From positions 106,949 to 170,948 of the IMG/VR virus record IMGVR_UViG_3300035670_000014: a DNA stretch of 64,000 bases. One strand, 5' to 3'. This stretch comes from a virus. The notes under the pieces were generated by a model. That model had not been told where the DNA came from and ran no database searches. It saw nothing but the letters and a program-made list of their open reading frames with translations. Below are positions 36,018-45,802 of the stretch, piece after piece (position 1 is the stretch's first letter; each line of letters starts with the position of its first letter). The position numbers were made by a program, and so were the translations under genes.

Positions 36018-37478
36018 TTATGCAGCCTTCTTTGCGTAGCGGGCCAGGACATCCGCAAACTTAAAGTTTGCGCTGCCTCCGACCTTGCTGGCTGCTGCCC
36101 AGTCTTCAGTGAGCGTAAGGTCCATGAAGACCTCCGACTCCTGGCTGGCCAGCCAAGCCTGGCGCTTTGCTTCGCGCTCAAGCTCCTTGATGGTGCGGCG
36201 GTGAGCCGCAGCCTTCTGGTTCATGACCAGTCGGTAGCCACGGAAGCTCAGAACCCGCAGGTTCTTTGGCCCGGTGATGCTGTCCGTCGTCATTGCCCAG
36301 ACGAGCCTTTCGATCTGCTCGTTGATGCAGGCAATGTCGCTTCGCAGCGATTCGGTCGCCAGGAAAGCTGCCTTCTTGGGAAGGCGGGTGAAGGCCTGCG
36401 TGACCTTCTCCTGCACTTCTGCGCGGCTAGCCAACAGGCTTCCAATCTTGGCCATCACGACGGCCACAATCGACCGGCGGCGAGCAGCGAGGGCCTTAGC
36501 GGCCTTGATCTGTGCCTCGGTCTGGACCTGACGCCAGGCCGGGGCAGCTGCTGCTGCCTTTGCGGCCGCCTTGCCCTTGCGGGTCATGGCAGCGCGCTGA
36601 GCCGGAGTGGTCTCCGGTGCAGTAACAACGTGTGCCCAGCGAGCGCGGGCAGGAGCCTTCGGAGCAGTTGCCACTGCCTTGGGTGCCAGCACGTCGCTGG
36701 CGATGAGGCGAGCACGACTAGCCGTGCTGACCTTCTTAGCCATGGTGGCCCGCTCTGCAAGAGAGCAGGCTTCCCAGAAGCCAAGAAAACTGAAGATGGC
36801 CTTGACGAAGGCCTTCTCAGCTGCACGCTGAGTGCGTGCAGCAAGCTTTGCCTCAGCGCGGGCTTGCGCCTTTGCTGCAGCGGGGCTGACGGTAGCCTGG
36901 GAGTCCAGGTCGCCGGTCGAGGTGCTGTGGTCAGCGTGCTTCGATCGGTCCATGATGACCAAAGGAAGCACACGAAGGGGTGCCGGGGCCGCCGGTACGG
37001 TGGCCTTCCGGCCGTAGATGTTTTCGCGGACCGCAATCCGGTCCGCATTGGCAAGCACCTTAAGTGCCGCCAATGAAGGAATAAGGTTTGCCACGGTAAC
37101 CTCCTTGCTCATAGAGCATTTGATGCCAACTAAACGCCCAACAACGGGCTGATTAGCTTTCTCTGTGGCAGAGAAATGACCACTATGGTCAAGGCAATAG
37201 TCGACTGGGATTTGAACCCCATTAACTCCACAGTTGGAGCTATCAACTTTGGGCCAAGTGCAAGGCCCAATGGTATCTGTCTGGCACTTCAAACAATTGC
37301 CGCTCGTTGCCAAAGTGGCATCCTGTGAGCGGGTTGAGCAGAAGCCCATGCTGGTCAGGCACTGGAGGAGAAAGACCGAGGCTTGACCAGAGCCTCGGTT
37401 TGCCCAGTTGCCCTGGGCGGGGGCGCAGCCAAGGGTGGCTGCCACCGCGAGAATGATCTCGCAGGTGTTCATGATCAC
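36018..37478 (-). CDS. Highly basic Ala/Arg/Lys-rich protein (possible nucleic-acid binder); start uncertain
   Basis: AAAKAQARAEAKLAAR, KGKAAAKAAAAA tracts. Confidence 0.6.
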   Translation of the reverse strand: MIMNTCEIILAVAATLGCAPAQGNWANRGSGQASVFLLQCLTSMGFCSTRSQDATLATSGNCLKCQTDTIGPCTWPKVDSSNCGVNGVQIPVDYCLDHSGHFSATEKANQPVVGRLVGIKCSMSKEVTVANLIPSLAALKVLANADRIAVRENIYGRKATVPAAPAPLRVLPLVIMDRSKHADHSTSTGDLDSQATVSPAAAKAQARAEAKLAARTQRAAEKAFVKAIFSFLGFWEACSLAERATMAKKVSTASRARLIASDVLAPKAVATAPKAPARARWAHVVTAPETTPAQRAAMTRKGKAAAKAAAAAPAWRQVQTEAQIKAAKALAARRRSIVAVVMAKIGSLLASRAEVQEKVTQAFTRLPKKAAFLATESLRSDIACINEQIERLVWAMTTDSITGPKNLRVLSFRGYRLVMNQKAAAHRRTIKELEREAKRQAWLASQESEVFMDLTLTEDWAAASKVGGSANFKFADVLARYAKKAA

Positions 37479-37759
37479 TTATTACCTCCAAGGGTAAATG
37501 AAGTTTAGGAGTAGCAGCAGGATTGCTACTATCCAGGGCTAGGATCACGGCCCAAGACCAAAGTGTCATGTCTTTGACACTATGGGTCTCATATTAAATG
37601 AAAAAAGAATGGAATACATCTTCTAGAAGAAGAATGAACTCCAATTCCCCGCGAAGATAAATGCCAATGGCAAATGTCTCCTGTGAGATTATAAGTCTCA
37701 TATTAAATAAAAAAGGAATGGAAATTAATCCATTCCTTCCCCCTGACCTCACCTAAGCG

Positions 37760-37906
37760 TTATTCAACGCAAAGGCGGGTCAGTTCATCAGGCGGGCAGT
37801 GGTGGTTGTACTCCTGCGCGTTCCACACATGCAGCGCGATAGCTGCAGCGAGAACCACCAGGAAAAATACCACCGTTACCAACCGATCGACAAACACCTT
37901 GTCCAT
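37760..37906 (-). CDS. small membrane protein (MDKVFVDR...)
   Basis: GGAGGAG RBS, single TM. Confidence 0.6.
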   Translation of the reverse strand: MDKVFVDRLVTVVFFLVVLAAAIALHVWNAQEYNHHCPPDELTRLCVE

Positions 37907-38030
37907 AACTCCTCCGATGGTTAACCTATACACCATAAGGTAAGGGATTAACAGAGAATGAGACGACATGTCTCATTCCCCATGAAAAAAGAATGCAACC
38001 AGGCCGAAGCCTGGCTGCATTCTTCAAACT

Positions 38031-38468
38031 TTATGCCCAGTTTCTACTCTTGGCCTTGAGGGGCCTGTGGTACCTGGGCTCCGGTGGTGGGAGCTTTGCC
38101 GGCTCCCACTCCTGGGCCCAGGCCAGTCGCTCTTCCGCCTCCCGCTCCAAGCGGGCCCGGAGGCGGCGGTCGGCCTCCGCCTCTTCCCGGGCGGCCTTGG
38201 CCGCCTGGGCCTCCCGCACCAGGCGGGCGTCTTTCGACGCCCACTCATTTTCCCAGGCCGAGCACCTGGGTACGTAGTCGGGCATTGGGGCCTGCGCCCA
38301 GAGTGGGCGCTGGTCCTTGGGTGCGGGGGCCGGGGCAGGTGCGGCGGCGGTAGTGCTGGTGGTTGCGGTGGGGGTGGTGGCGGTGATGGCAGCCATGGCC
38401 CGAGCTTCTGCTCGGGCAACGATGACTATGACTACGACGACAATAACAACGATGATGTCAAGCAACAT
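38031..38468 (-). CDS. membrane-anchored Thr/Pro/Ala-rich coiled-coil protein
   Basis: Val/Ile TM, TTPTATT-PAPAP linker, EAQAAKAAREEAE. Confidence 0.7.
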   Translation of the reverse strand: MLLDIIVVIVVVVIVIVARAEARAMAAITATTPTATTSTTAAAPAPAPAPKDQRPLWAQAPMPDYVPRCSAWENEWASKDARLVREAQAAKAAREEAEADRRLRARLEREAEERLAWAQEWEPAKLPPPEPRYHRPLKAKSRNWA

Positions 38469-38594
38469 GAGCGAAACTCCCGACTAGTACCTACTAGCCT
38501 TAATGGGATGGATAGGAAATGAGACAGAATGTCTCATTCCCCATGAAAAAAGAATGCAACCAGGCCGAAGCCTGGCTGCATTCTTCAATCTTCC

Positions 38595-38780
38595 TTACTT
38601 AGCCCGAGTCCTCCAGGCATGAAGGAACTTAACTGGATGCATTACTGCATCCAAAAAGTCAAGGAAAGTGACCGGGTCTGCGCCCAGGTGGGCCCATGCC
38701 CACTCCGCGACGACGTAGATCAGGAAGGCCACCGATGCCAGAACGAGGATAGAAACAGCCACCAAGAACAATGTGAACAT
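38595..38780 (-). CDS. small membrane protein
   Basis: N-terminal TM, GGGAG RBS from repeat leader. Confidence 0.65.
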   Translation of the reverse strand: MFTLFLVAVSILVLASVAFLIYVVAEWAWAHLGADPVTFLDFLDAVMHPVKFLHAWRTRAK

Positions 38781-38905
38781 GGCGAACTCCCGGCTAGCGA
38801 CACGCTAGCCTTATTGGGATCAATAGGAAATGAGACAGAATGTCTCATTCCCCATGAAAAAAGAATGCAACCAGGCCGAAGCCTGGCTGCATTCTTTAAT
38901 CTTAC

Positions 38906-39208
38906 TTACCAGCTATCGACAAAAGCGTCGACAAGCTGACCCCAGGTCACCCAGTCCTGGCACGCCAACCCAAGCTCGTCGTGCCAGCCCAGGTCGGGGT
39001 CCATGCCCCCGAGCTCGCTGAGGATCACGACTGTGTCCCACATTGCGCCAGATGGAGTTCCCTTGAAGAGGAACTCGGCCGTCAGGCGGTCGATCCCATG
39101 GGGGCCGACGTAACCCACTGTAAAATCTCCGCTGTAGCTGAGGATGTTGGGGCAGTAGCCCAGCAGGATGCGGGTGGCGGTGATGGTGGTGGTAGTGGTG
39201 TTCTGCAT
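38906..39208 (-). CDS. hypothetical protein (MQNTTTTT...)
   Basis: GGGAG RBS from repeat leader. Confidence 0.65.
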   Translation of the reverse strand: MQNTTTTTITATRILLGYCPNILSYSGDFTVGYVGPHGIDRLTAEFLFKGTPSGAMWDTVVILSELGGMDPDLGWHDELGLACQDWVTWGQLVDAFVDSW

Positions 39209-39336
39209 GGCGAAACTCCCGGCTAGCGACACGCTAGCCATGATGGGATGGATAGGAAATGAGACAGAATGTCTCATTCCCCATGAAAAAAGAATGCAAC
39301 CAGGCCGAAGCCTGGTTGCACCTTTAATCTTAGACC

Positions 39337-39678
39337 TTACTTCCTAGCAAGGCAGGCACTCATTGCCTGCCAGTGTTGGTCGAGAGTGGGGCGAGCAAAG
39401 CCAACCTCCACTTCGTTGTAGGACATCATTGAAACTGGGGATCCGTCCTCCCTACAGGAAAGGACGGCCAAAACGCCGTCCTTTCGGTGAAGTGATTTTA
39501 CCCATCCCGCTCCGGGCACTGCCCAAAGAACAATTCCCTGGTTGATGCGGTGAGCATCAAACCAGATGGTGTTGGCGAGGGGGCTGCAGATCTCGCTGTT
39601 AGCGACGGCGTGGTCGGCCTCGGTGATGATCTGTGCGGCGTTGGGAACAATGAGAGCGATGATGGTAGCGTTCAACAT
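39337..39678 (-). CDS. hypothetical protein, first gene of leftward arm
   Basis: AGGAG RBS. Confidence 0.65.
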   Translation of the reverse strand: MLNATIIALIVPNAAQIITEADHAVANSEICSPLANTIWFDAHRINQGIVLWAVPGAGWVKSLHRKDGVLAVLSCREDGSPVSMMSYNEVEVGFARPTLDQHWQAMSACLARK

Positions 39679-39780
39679 GAGAGACTCCTATGCCAGTTAA
39701 CCTAATACACTGGCAGGTCGAAAGTTTCCAGGGGGTGGGCTCGGAATTAAGCCTATATCCCTGGTGCCATAATCGGCATA

Positions 39781-39960
39781 GTACCCTCTCATCCACATTT
39801 TTTACCTTTTCCATAAGGCCCTATAAGGTCCACCCAAGACCCTCTCATCCACATTTTTCACTACTTCTATAAGCTCCCTATGGCCCAGTCTCAAGCTACC
39901 TCGAACCCACCTATCTACATTTTTTAACGCCCCCTAAGGCCCCATAAGGCCCACCTGAAC
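39781..39960. repeat. Short direct repeats in the divergent intergenic region
   Basis: CCCTCTCATCCACATTTTT x2 plus a degenerate third; TAAGGCCC(T/C)ATAAGG(T/C)CCACC x2. Confidence 0.75.
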
Positions 39961-40142
39961 TATCCTAGGGCCCACTTGTCCATATATAATACTGTGTCAA
40001 TATTTAGGAGGGGGTGGGGTGTGAGAAAATAAATAAGGAAATTTGCTATGGAGATTTTTAGATTTTTTTTAGTAAGATTTCGCCCATATGTAATAGGAGT
40101 TTTTATTCTTCTAGAACCATATTGATTTGTTGAAGCGAGTTT

Positions 40143-40400
40143 ATGAATACACAGATTGAAAGAAATGATTTACTCAGACTCAGCCTTAAGGCTTACAGTT
40201 TATCAGCTATGCTTAGTAATGGGGCTATGGGCATAGTAGCAGGTAATTTTCTTAAGAAGCGTTACTTCTGTCCTATGGTTATCTCTGGAATGAAAGATCT
40301 ACAGGACATGGTAGAGATTGGTAAGGTGAAGAAGGAATTACTTGAGCTTGTAGATTTAATTGATAAACTTGAAGGTAGAGAGATTAGCAATGACGAATAG
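40143..40400 (+). CDS. hypothetical protein
   Basis: First ORF of rightward arm. Confidence 0.6.
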   Translation: MNTQIERNDLLRLSLKAYSLSAMLSNGAMGIVAGNFLKKRYFCPMVISGMKDLQDMVEIGKVKKELLELVDLIDKLEGREISNDE

Positions 40401-41472
40401 AGGAACTGAGAAAGCTAAAGCCAGAGGAGAGACTTCGTCTCTCAGTCCAGAAGAAAGGAAAGCAGAAAGGCACAGGAAAGCCATGGCAAAGTACATGGCA
40501 AAGAGAAGGCAAAAGGAGAAGGAAGCCAGACAGATTCTGGCCAGGGAAGAGAAGGCAAAGCAAGCGGCCGAAAAGGAGGAAATTGCAAAAAATCTGGAGG
40601 AACAAATTGCAAGTGTTCCCCCTGGGAAGCATTTTGCAACAGAGTTGCAAAAGAAGAACTCCTTAAATGAATTAGATTTTGGCCGCGTTTTAAATGATGC
40701 TTTAACTGTAATTGAACCTTCTCAGGTAAATGTAGAAGAGTTCTTCAGTTTTCTGGAGTTGAACAAATATAATGAGACCCTTTATAAGGGCATAACCATG
40801 ACCAGGGCCATGGCAGAGGGAATTAAGAATCACCTCATGGCAATGAAGCATGGTACTTACAGTGCTGTTCCTTTACTCTGTAAAGGTGGTCTTAAGTGTC
40901 CCATGGTCAGTCAGTGTTGGTTTGCTCACAGGGATGATGATGGTCAAATAGATCATGAGAAATCTACATACCCTTTATTTAAACCTTGTCCTGTAGAGTC
41001 TGGAATTATTGAGTTAAAGATTAGACAATATATTAGTGAACACCTGGGGAATAACATGAACATTACTCCCAGTGTTATGAATCTTATTTCCCGGCTTGCT
41101 GAGTTGGATATATATGAAATAAGAGCTGACATATTACTTAGTACCGGTTCTGCTCTTAGCTCGGATGGGCAGAATCTCCTTATTACCGTGGTTGATGCAA
41201 TAAATCAAAAAAGCGGGGAGGCATTCTTCACCGTAAAAGAGCATCCTGCCTTGGTAATCAAAGAGAAGCTACAGAATCAAAAAGATCGACTTATGAAAAG
41301 TCTGCTTAGTACACCTGAAGCTAAGCTTGCTATGGCAGCTAAGCTTAAAGGTACAAGTGAAAAATCTGATCAGACAAACATATTAACTCAGATTGCAACT
41401 ACCCTGAAAAAGAATGCATCAAAAGTAGATTCTTATTGGGACGTTGATTTAATTGATCCAGAGGATCTATGA
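40390..41472 (+). CDS. Cys-motif coiled-coil protein, possibly terminase small subunit
   Basis: LCKGGLKCPMVSQC...PCPVE; position upstream of TerL; function inferred only. Confidence 0.45.
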   Translation: MTNRGTEKAKARGETSSLSPEERKAERHRKAMAKYMAKRRQKEKEARQILAREEKAKQAAEKEEIAKNLEEQIASVPPGKHFATELQKKNSLNELDFGRVLNDALTVIEPSQVNVEEFFSFLELNKYNETLYKGITMTRAMAEGIKNHLMAMKHGTYSAVPLLCKGGLKCPMVSQCWFAHRDDDGQIDHEKSTYPLFKPCPVESGIIELKIRQYISEHLGNNMNITPSVMNLISRLAELDIYEIRADILLSTGSALSSDGQNLLITVVDAINQKSGEAFFTVKEHPALVIKEKLQNQKDRLMKSLLSTPEAKLAMAAKLKGTSEKSDQTNILTQIATTLKKNASKVDSYWDVDLIDPEDL

Positions 41473-44400
41473 TAGATAAGGACTTACTCGATAAGCTTGG
41501 AAGCGTCACCAGCGTTGCAAAAATGCGCATTCTGATGCAGGGAATACAAGATAAGGATACAGACATAGGTACGATAAGAACCATGTCTAAAGAGGCATTT
41601 GAGGCCATTAAATTCGATCTTGCAACCGGGCACTTAAAGGCGATGAGACACCTTACTCTCGGAGTAAGTCCTGAGATTAGAAATGCTTTACTTCTAGATA
41701 TTGAAGGTGGAGGTATTGACAGATTTGCTCCTGTTCTTCAGATTGCTGTTGGTACAGTTGGTCTTGATTCTACTGAGACTAAATATAGCTTTGTAGATAA
41801 AGCTGGACAAATAACTGAAGATTCTAGTAAGGCTATACAGGAACTTGAACTGTTGCCTGTTTCTCACATTAAAGATGTAGAAGAGGTTATTGATCAAAAT
41901 AGGTCGGGTTATAAAACAGCGACCTATAAAGGTCGCAGGGAGATGTATTTATCTCAGCAAGCCTATACTCAGAATGTAATGAATTCTGGATGGGTGTTTA
42001 ATGCTTCAGAAAAGTCTGATGCGTTAAAGACAAGAGCCCTTTATGAGTACCTAGAAACCTTACCTGAAAATGAAAAACTTGCTAAGTTAAAGGAAGGCTT
42101 TGAAAAAGGTAGCTTTGAATTTACAGATAGAGCTGGAAAGGTTCAAAGGTTATATACTCCGAGAGAAGCTGCAATTCGAGTTCTAGAAAGTCTCCTTGAC
42201 ATGAGGAATAAGAATGGCGCAGTAATTGGCGCTAATATTCAGTTCGACTCCGAAAGACTCATGACCCTTATAGGGTCCTACATCAAAGAAGAAGATGGAT
42301 CTATTAATGCTCATAGATTCTCCAGTGAAACTACACTGGTAGATGAAGCGGGCAGGCGAATTGATGTTATTGAACAGGCAATTAATAACGATCCCCGTAT
42401 AACTAAATTCTTTGGAGGGCAAGCCATAAAGGGCTTTGAAGACATCAGAGCAATGATGTCTTCAACCTACAAAAACCCCGGCAAGACTAACATACTTGAC
42501 CCGACCCAGACAAGATATAGAAGTAAAGTTGCTAGACTAAACCAGCTAGGTGCTGGTTATATGTCTTCTCTGTATCTCAAGTTATTTGAATCTGAACTAA
42601 GAGATAAAGGCTTAAGCTCAATAGACCAGCAAGATGTAACAGCAAGGGCAATCTATAGTGCTGCATCTATGTTGACCAGAGACAAGGCACTTGAACAAGC
42701 GCAACTTAAAGATCAAGCAATAAGAATAGCAGATCAAAATAGAGCTTCAAAGATATATGGCCTGAATATTCCAGACTCTGAGTCGATGCTTCCCCGAGGT
42801 GGAATACTGGATACCACGGATCCAGTAGAAGGTCAAGTTAGAAGGCTTGGTGTAGGAAGTAGAAATGTAAAAGCATTATTAGATGATACCTTTTCACTAA
42901 CAAGTGTTCAGTATAACCTCAGTGTTCTTTTTCCTGAAGCAGCAAAACAAGCTCACACTGCTGGACAGGACCTAGTAGATCAGTTAAAAATTCTTAATAA
43001 AGTAAATCCAGTAGCTAGATTCCTTGCAACAAATGCAGGGCTATATCAAGCTGGTGGTTTTGTAAATTCAACACTAGCATTTTTAAGAGAAACTGCTGCT
43101 GTTCTAAATACAGAAACTAGAGAAGAAATAGAAAGTGTATGGAAGCTTTTTACAACAAAAGCTGTTGATGTAAGTTACTATGATTTTATTTCTAAAAAAA
43201 ATATAACAGGACCACTAGCTCAGGTCAAAAAGTATAGAAGCTTGCAAAGAGCAATGTTCCAACTTCAAGAGTCCATGGAGATATGGACTGCTAGTTTAGA
43301 TGAGATAGAAAGAGGTGAAGTAAAGTCTACTTTATTAGCTAGAGATGCAACTGGAAAAGTAATTATTAATGAAGTAGATGGCAAAAGAGTACCAAAGATG
43401 GAGGAAGGATTTACTTTAACACAAGTAAAGACAACATCAAAGCAAATGGTAAGAGCAGATGGTCTTACCATTACTGAGTTAAGAAATGTAGGTAGAGATT
43501 ACACAGTAGAAAATAGAGCTAGGCTTTACTATGATTTTAAATTTTCCGAACTTGGACAGGATCCTAGTGGTCTAGACTACCAGACAAAAAGAGCAGAAGC
43601 TTTAAAATTCGCAACATCAGAAATTAGAAAAGAATATGCTGCCTTGCCAAATGTAAAACAAAGTGGATTTACTATTGAAGATTTGGAAAGAATGTCTTCT
43701 GAAATCCAGGCAAGGTATGCTGATACAGGTGGCCCTGAGGAACTAAGAAGCCAGTTAGTTCAAGGAGGCAAGTCAACTAATGTAGAAACAAATCAAAGCT
43801 TAATTAAGCTTGGTGCAACTGAATATAAAGGAGAAATAAATATTGAAAGAGCACTAACAGATCAAGCTATAAAAGCAGAAGGTGCAAGCAGGACGCTTGG
43901 AGGTCAAGCTTCAATGCTTCTAGACAGTTATACTTCTAATTATATTAGAAGACATGCAGGAAAGATTGCTGGTGGAGCCATAGGCTTAGGTGCAGTTGGT
44001 GTTATGAGTGCTGATGCAGCATATGAGTTTATTACTAAAGATAATTATGATCCAAGTAGAGTATCAACTTTAGATATTATTGGAAGGAGAGATGAAATAG
44101 ATCCATTCCTAAGTCAATTTACAGAAGCAAATGATAACTCTTCAGATTACGAACCAAGTAGATTCCAGCAGCCATTTTATATGGCCTCAAAAGCTCTTAG
44201 AGCAATAAGTAATCTTGGTAATAGTTTTATGCCTCAAATGGAAGCTGATATAGGTCAATATTTAACTGGACCAAGTCAAGTAAATAACATGTCTTCTTCT
44301 TATTCAGGTATGGGAGTTGATCTTAATAAGTTTGATTTGTCCGTTGAAGACGCAGATACAGTTAAGCTTATAAGTAAGTCAAATGCAAATGCAGAATTTC

Positions 44401-45776
44401 AAGTTCGTTTCTCTGGTGTCGATACTCCAGAAACAAGGCACACTGGTGGTGGTAGTGGCCTAATTATAGGTGAAGGTAACGTTGGTCAGCCAATGGCCAA
44501 CGAAGCTGCAAACTATACTAAAAACTTACTTCTATCAACAAAGAACTTGAGCCTTAGCCTTGGTGAGAAGGATGCATACGGTCGATATGTAGGTGTCTTT
44601 TCCTCAGGGAGAGGCAAGAACATTAATATGCAAATGGTTCAAGCTGGTGTAGGTCAAGCTTTGCCATGGGGTCCACAGAAGGTAGATACCATTAATCAGA
44701 AGGATTTCCTTTATGCAGAAAAACTTGCACAGCAAACTGAATCAGGAATACATGGGTTAAGCTACTATAAGAAATATTATGAATCTCTCGAAGGTCGCTT
44801 CTCTAAGAGAACTTTTAATACCATTTCTCAAATTTCACCCAACAGAGACAGTAGAAATAACCCTGCTCTTTTTGCTGTAATGAATGCAGGCACCAGAGAA
44901 CAAGCAAGAAGATTTAAGCAAGTAAGAGAGATGGATGAAAGGCTTAACAGAGAAGTCTTCTCTGAGTTATTTGGCACAGGTGGTGACTCAAGGCAACTTG
45001 AAGCACTAGGTCACCAGGGTATTGCCTGGCAGATAAGGCAACAGATGACAGATTTCGGATCAGGCTATCGAGGACTTGACGGTTCACTTTTTAAGAGAAT
45101 TACTAATATTTTTGATAAAGGATTTGAGCAATCTCCTGGTCATAGAATTTGGTATCAGAAAGATCACCTTGCAATAGTTCAAAGAATATCGGATGACTTA
45201 CTAAAGACAAAAGGCGGGGATAAATTTGTATCAGATCACCTTGTCTGGATGCACGACCTGCCTAAAGCCTTAAATATGGATAAAGACCATAGTGTTTCTT
45301 TTAGCTTACTAAAAGAGGCATATGGCAGTAAGGTAGCAAGTCAAATAACAAGGAACCTGGAGGAAGTAGACAACATCAAAGAGATGAGTCCACTGGAGTT
45401 AATGAAGCTTTCTGCTGATGTAAAGAATGTATCTACTGCAGATGCCATGTCTCACTACTCTACAGGAGAAGGCGGGTTCTTACAAATCTTCATGAATGAA
45501 AAAGGTCATTCACTTAAACTAGAAGATGTAATGGAATCCAATATTAAAAAGCTGGCCAAAGACCAAAAGAAAATACAGTATCAAGAATATAACCTTGATG
45601 ATGTTTCATTTGAATATGGGAAAAATAATAGGATTACTGTAGAAGGAACTGTTCCCAGTTTAGTTACATCAAAATACATGGGTAACAGAGATGAGATCTT
45701 AAAAGATAATACTTACCTTACTTTGGCTGGAACCATGCAAAGAAATCCAGGTAGGTCAAGAACCAGAAGATCTTAA
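41469..45776 (+). CDS. Large multidomain protein with DEDDh-exonuclease-like, thermonuclease (SNase) and HD-like domains; probable internal virion protein
   Basis: LLDIEGGG...GANIQFD...AHTAGQD; EDADTV...VRFSGVDTPE...DAYGRYVG...NMQMVQAG; DHLAIV...WMHDLPK...TADAMSHY. Confidence 0.65.
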   Translation: MIDKDLLDKLGSVTSVAKMRILMQGIQDKDTDIGTIRTMSKEAFEAIKFDLATGHLKAMRHLTLGVSPEIRNALLLDIEGGGIDRFAPVLQIAVGTVGLDSTETKYSFVDKAGQITEDSSKAIQELELLPVSHIKDVEEVIDQNRSGYKTATYKGRREMYLSQQAYTQNVMNSGWVFNASEKSDALKTRALYEYLETLPENEKLAKLKEGFEKGSFEFTDRAGKVQRLYTPREAAIRVLESLLDMRNKNGAVIGANIQFDSERLMTLIGSYIKEEDGSINAHRFSSETTLVDEAGRRIDVIEQAINNDPRITKFFGGQAIKGFEDIRAMMSSTYKNPGKTNILDPTQTRYRSKVARLNQLGAGYMSSLYLKLFESELRDKGLSSIDQQDVTARAIYSAASMLTRDKALEQAQLKDQAIRIADQNRASKIYGLNIPDSESMLPRGGILDTTDPVEGQVRRLGVGSRNVKALLDDTFSLTSVQYNLSVLFPEAAKQAHTAGQDLVDQLKILNKVNPVARFLATNAGLYQAGGFVNSTLAFLRETAAVLNTETREEIESVWKLFTTKAVDVSYYDFISKKNITGPLAQVKKYRSLQRAMFQLQESMEIWTASLDEIERGEVKSTLLARDATGKVIINEVDGKRVPKMEEGFTLTQVKTTSKQMVRADGLTITELRNVGRDYTVENRARLYYDFKFSELGQDPSGLDYQTKRAEALKFATSEIRKEYAALPNVKQSGFTIEDLERMSSEIQARYADTGGPEELRSQLVQGGKSTNVETNQSLIKLGATEYKGEINIERALTDQAIKAEGASRTLGGQASMLLDSYTSNYIRRHAGKIAGGAIGLGAVGVMSADAAYEFITKDNYDPSRVSTLDIIGRRDEIDPFLSQFTEANDNSSDYEPSRFQQPFYMASKALRAISNLGNSFMPQMEADIGQYLTGPSQVNNMSSSYSGMGVDLNKFDLSVEDADTVKLISKSNANAEFQVRFSGVDTPETRHTGGGSGLIIGEGNVGQPMANEAANYTKNLLLSTKNLSLSLGEKDAYGRYVGVFSSGRGKNINMQMVQAGVGQALPWGPQKVDTINQKDFLYAEKLAQQTESGIHGLSYYKKYYESLEGRFSKRTFNTISQISPNRDSRNNPALFAVMNAGTREQARRFKQVREMDERLNREVFSELFGTGGDSRQLEALGHQGIAWQIRQQMTDFGSGYRGLDGSLFKRITNIFDKGFEQSPGHRIWYQKDHLAIVQRISDDLLKTKGGDKFVSDHLVWMHDLPKALNMDKDHSVSFSLLKEAYGSKVASQITRNLEEVDNIKEMSPLELMKLSADVKNVSTADAMSHYSTGEGGFLQIFMNEKGHSLKLEDVMESNIKKLAKDQKKIQYQEYNLDDVSFEYGKNNRITVEGTVPSLVTSKYMGNRDEILKDNTYLTLAGTMQRNPGRSRTRRS

Positions 45777-45802
45777 GTTTAAGTAATAATTGGAGATATT
45801 AG

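Larger units (their letters stand above)
37956..39320. repeat. Four copies of a ~70-110-bp cassette-junction repeat (leader hairpin, ATGAGACA-GAA-TGTCTCAT palindrome, UUCG terminator)
   Basis: Copies ~37956-38025, 38515-38585, 38826-38896, 39255-39320. Confidence 0.92.

Noticed and set aside
37956-39320. CRISPR array or integron attC cassette array
   Set aside because: Intervals are whole genes of 200-500 bp, the repeat resolves into terminator plus leader, and no GTTRRRY boxes or integrase are seen
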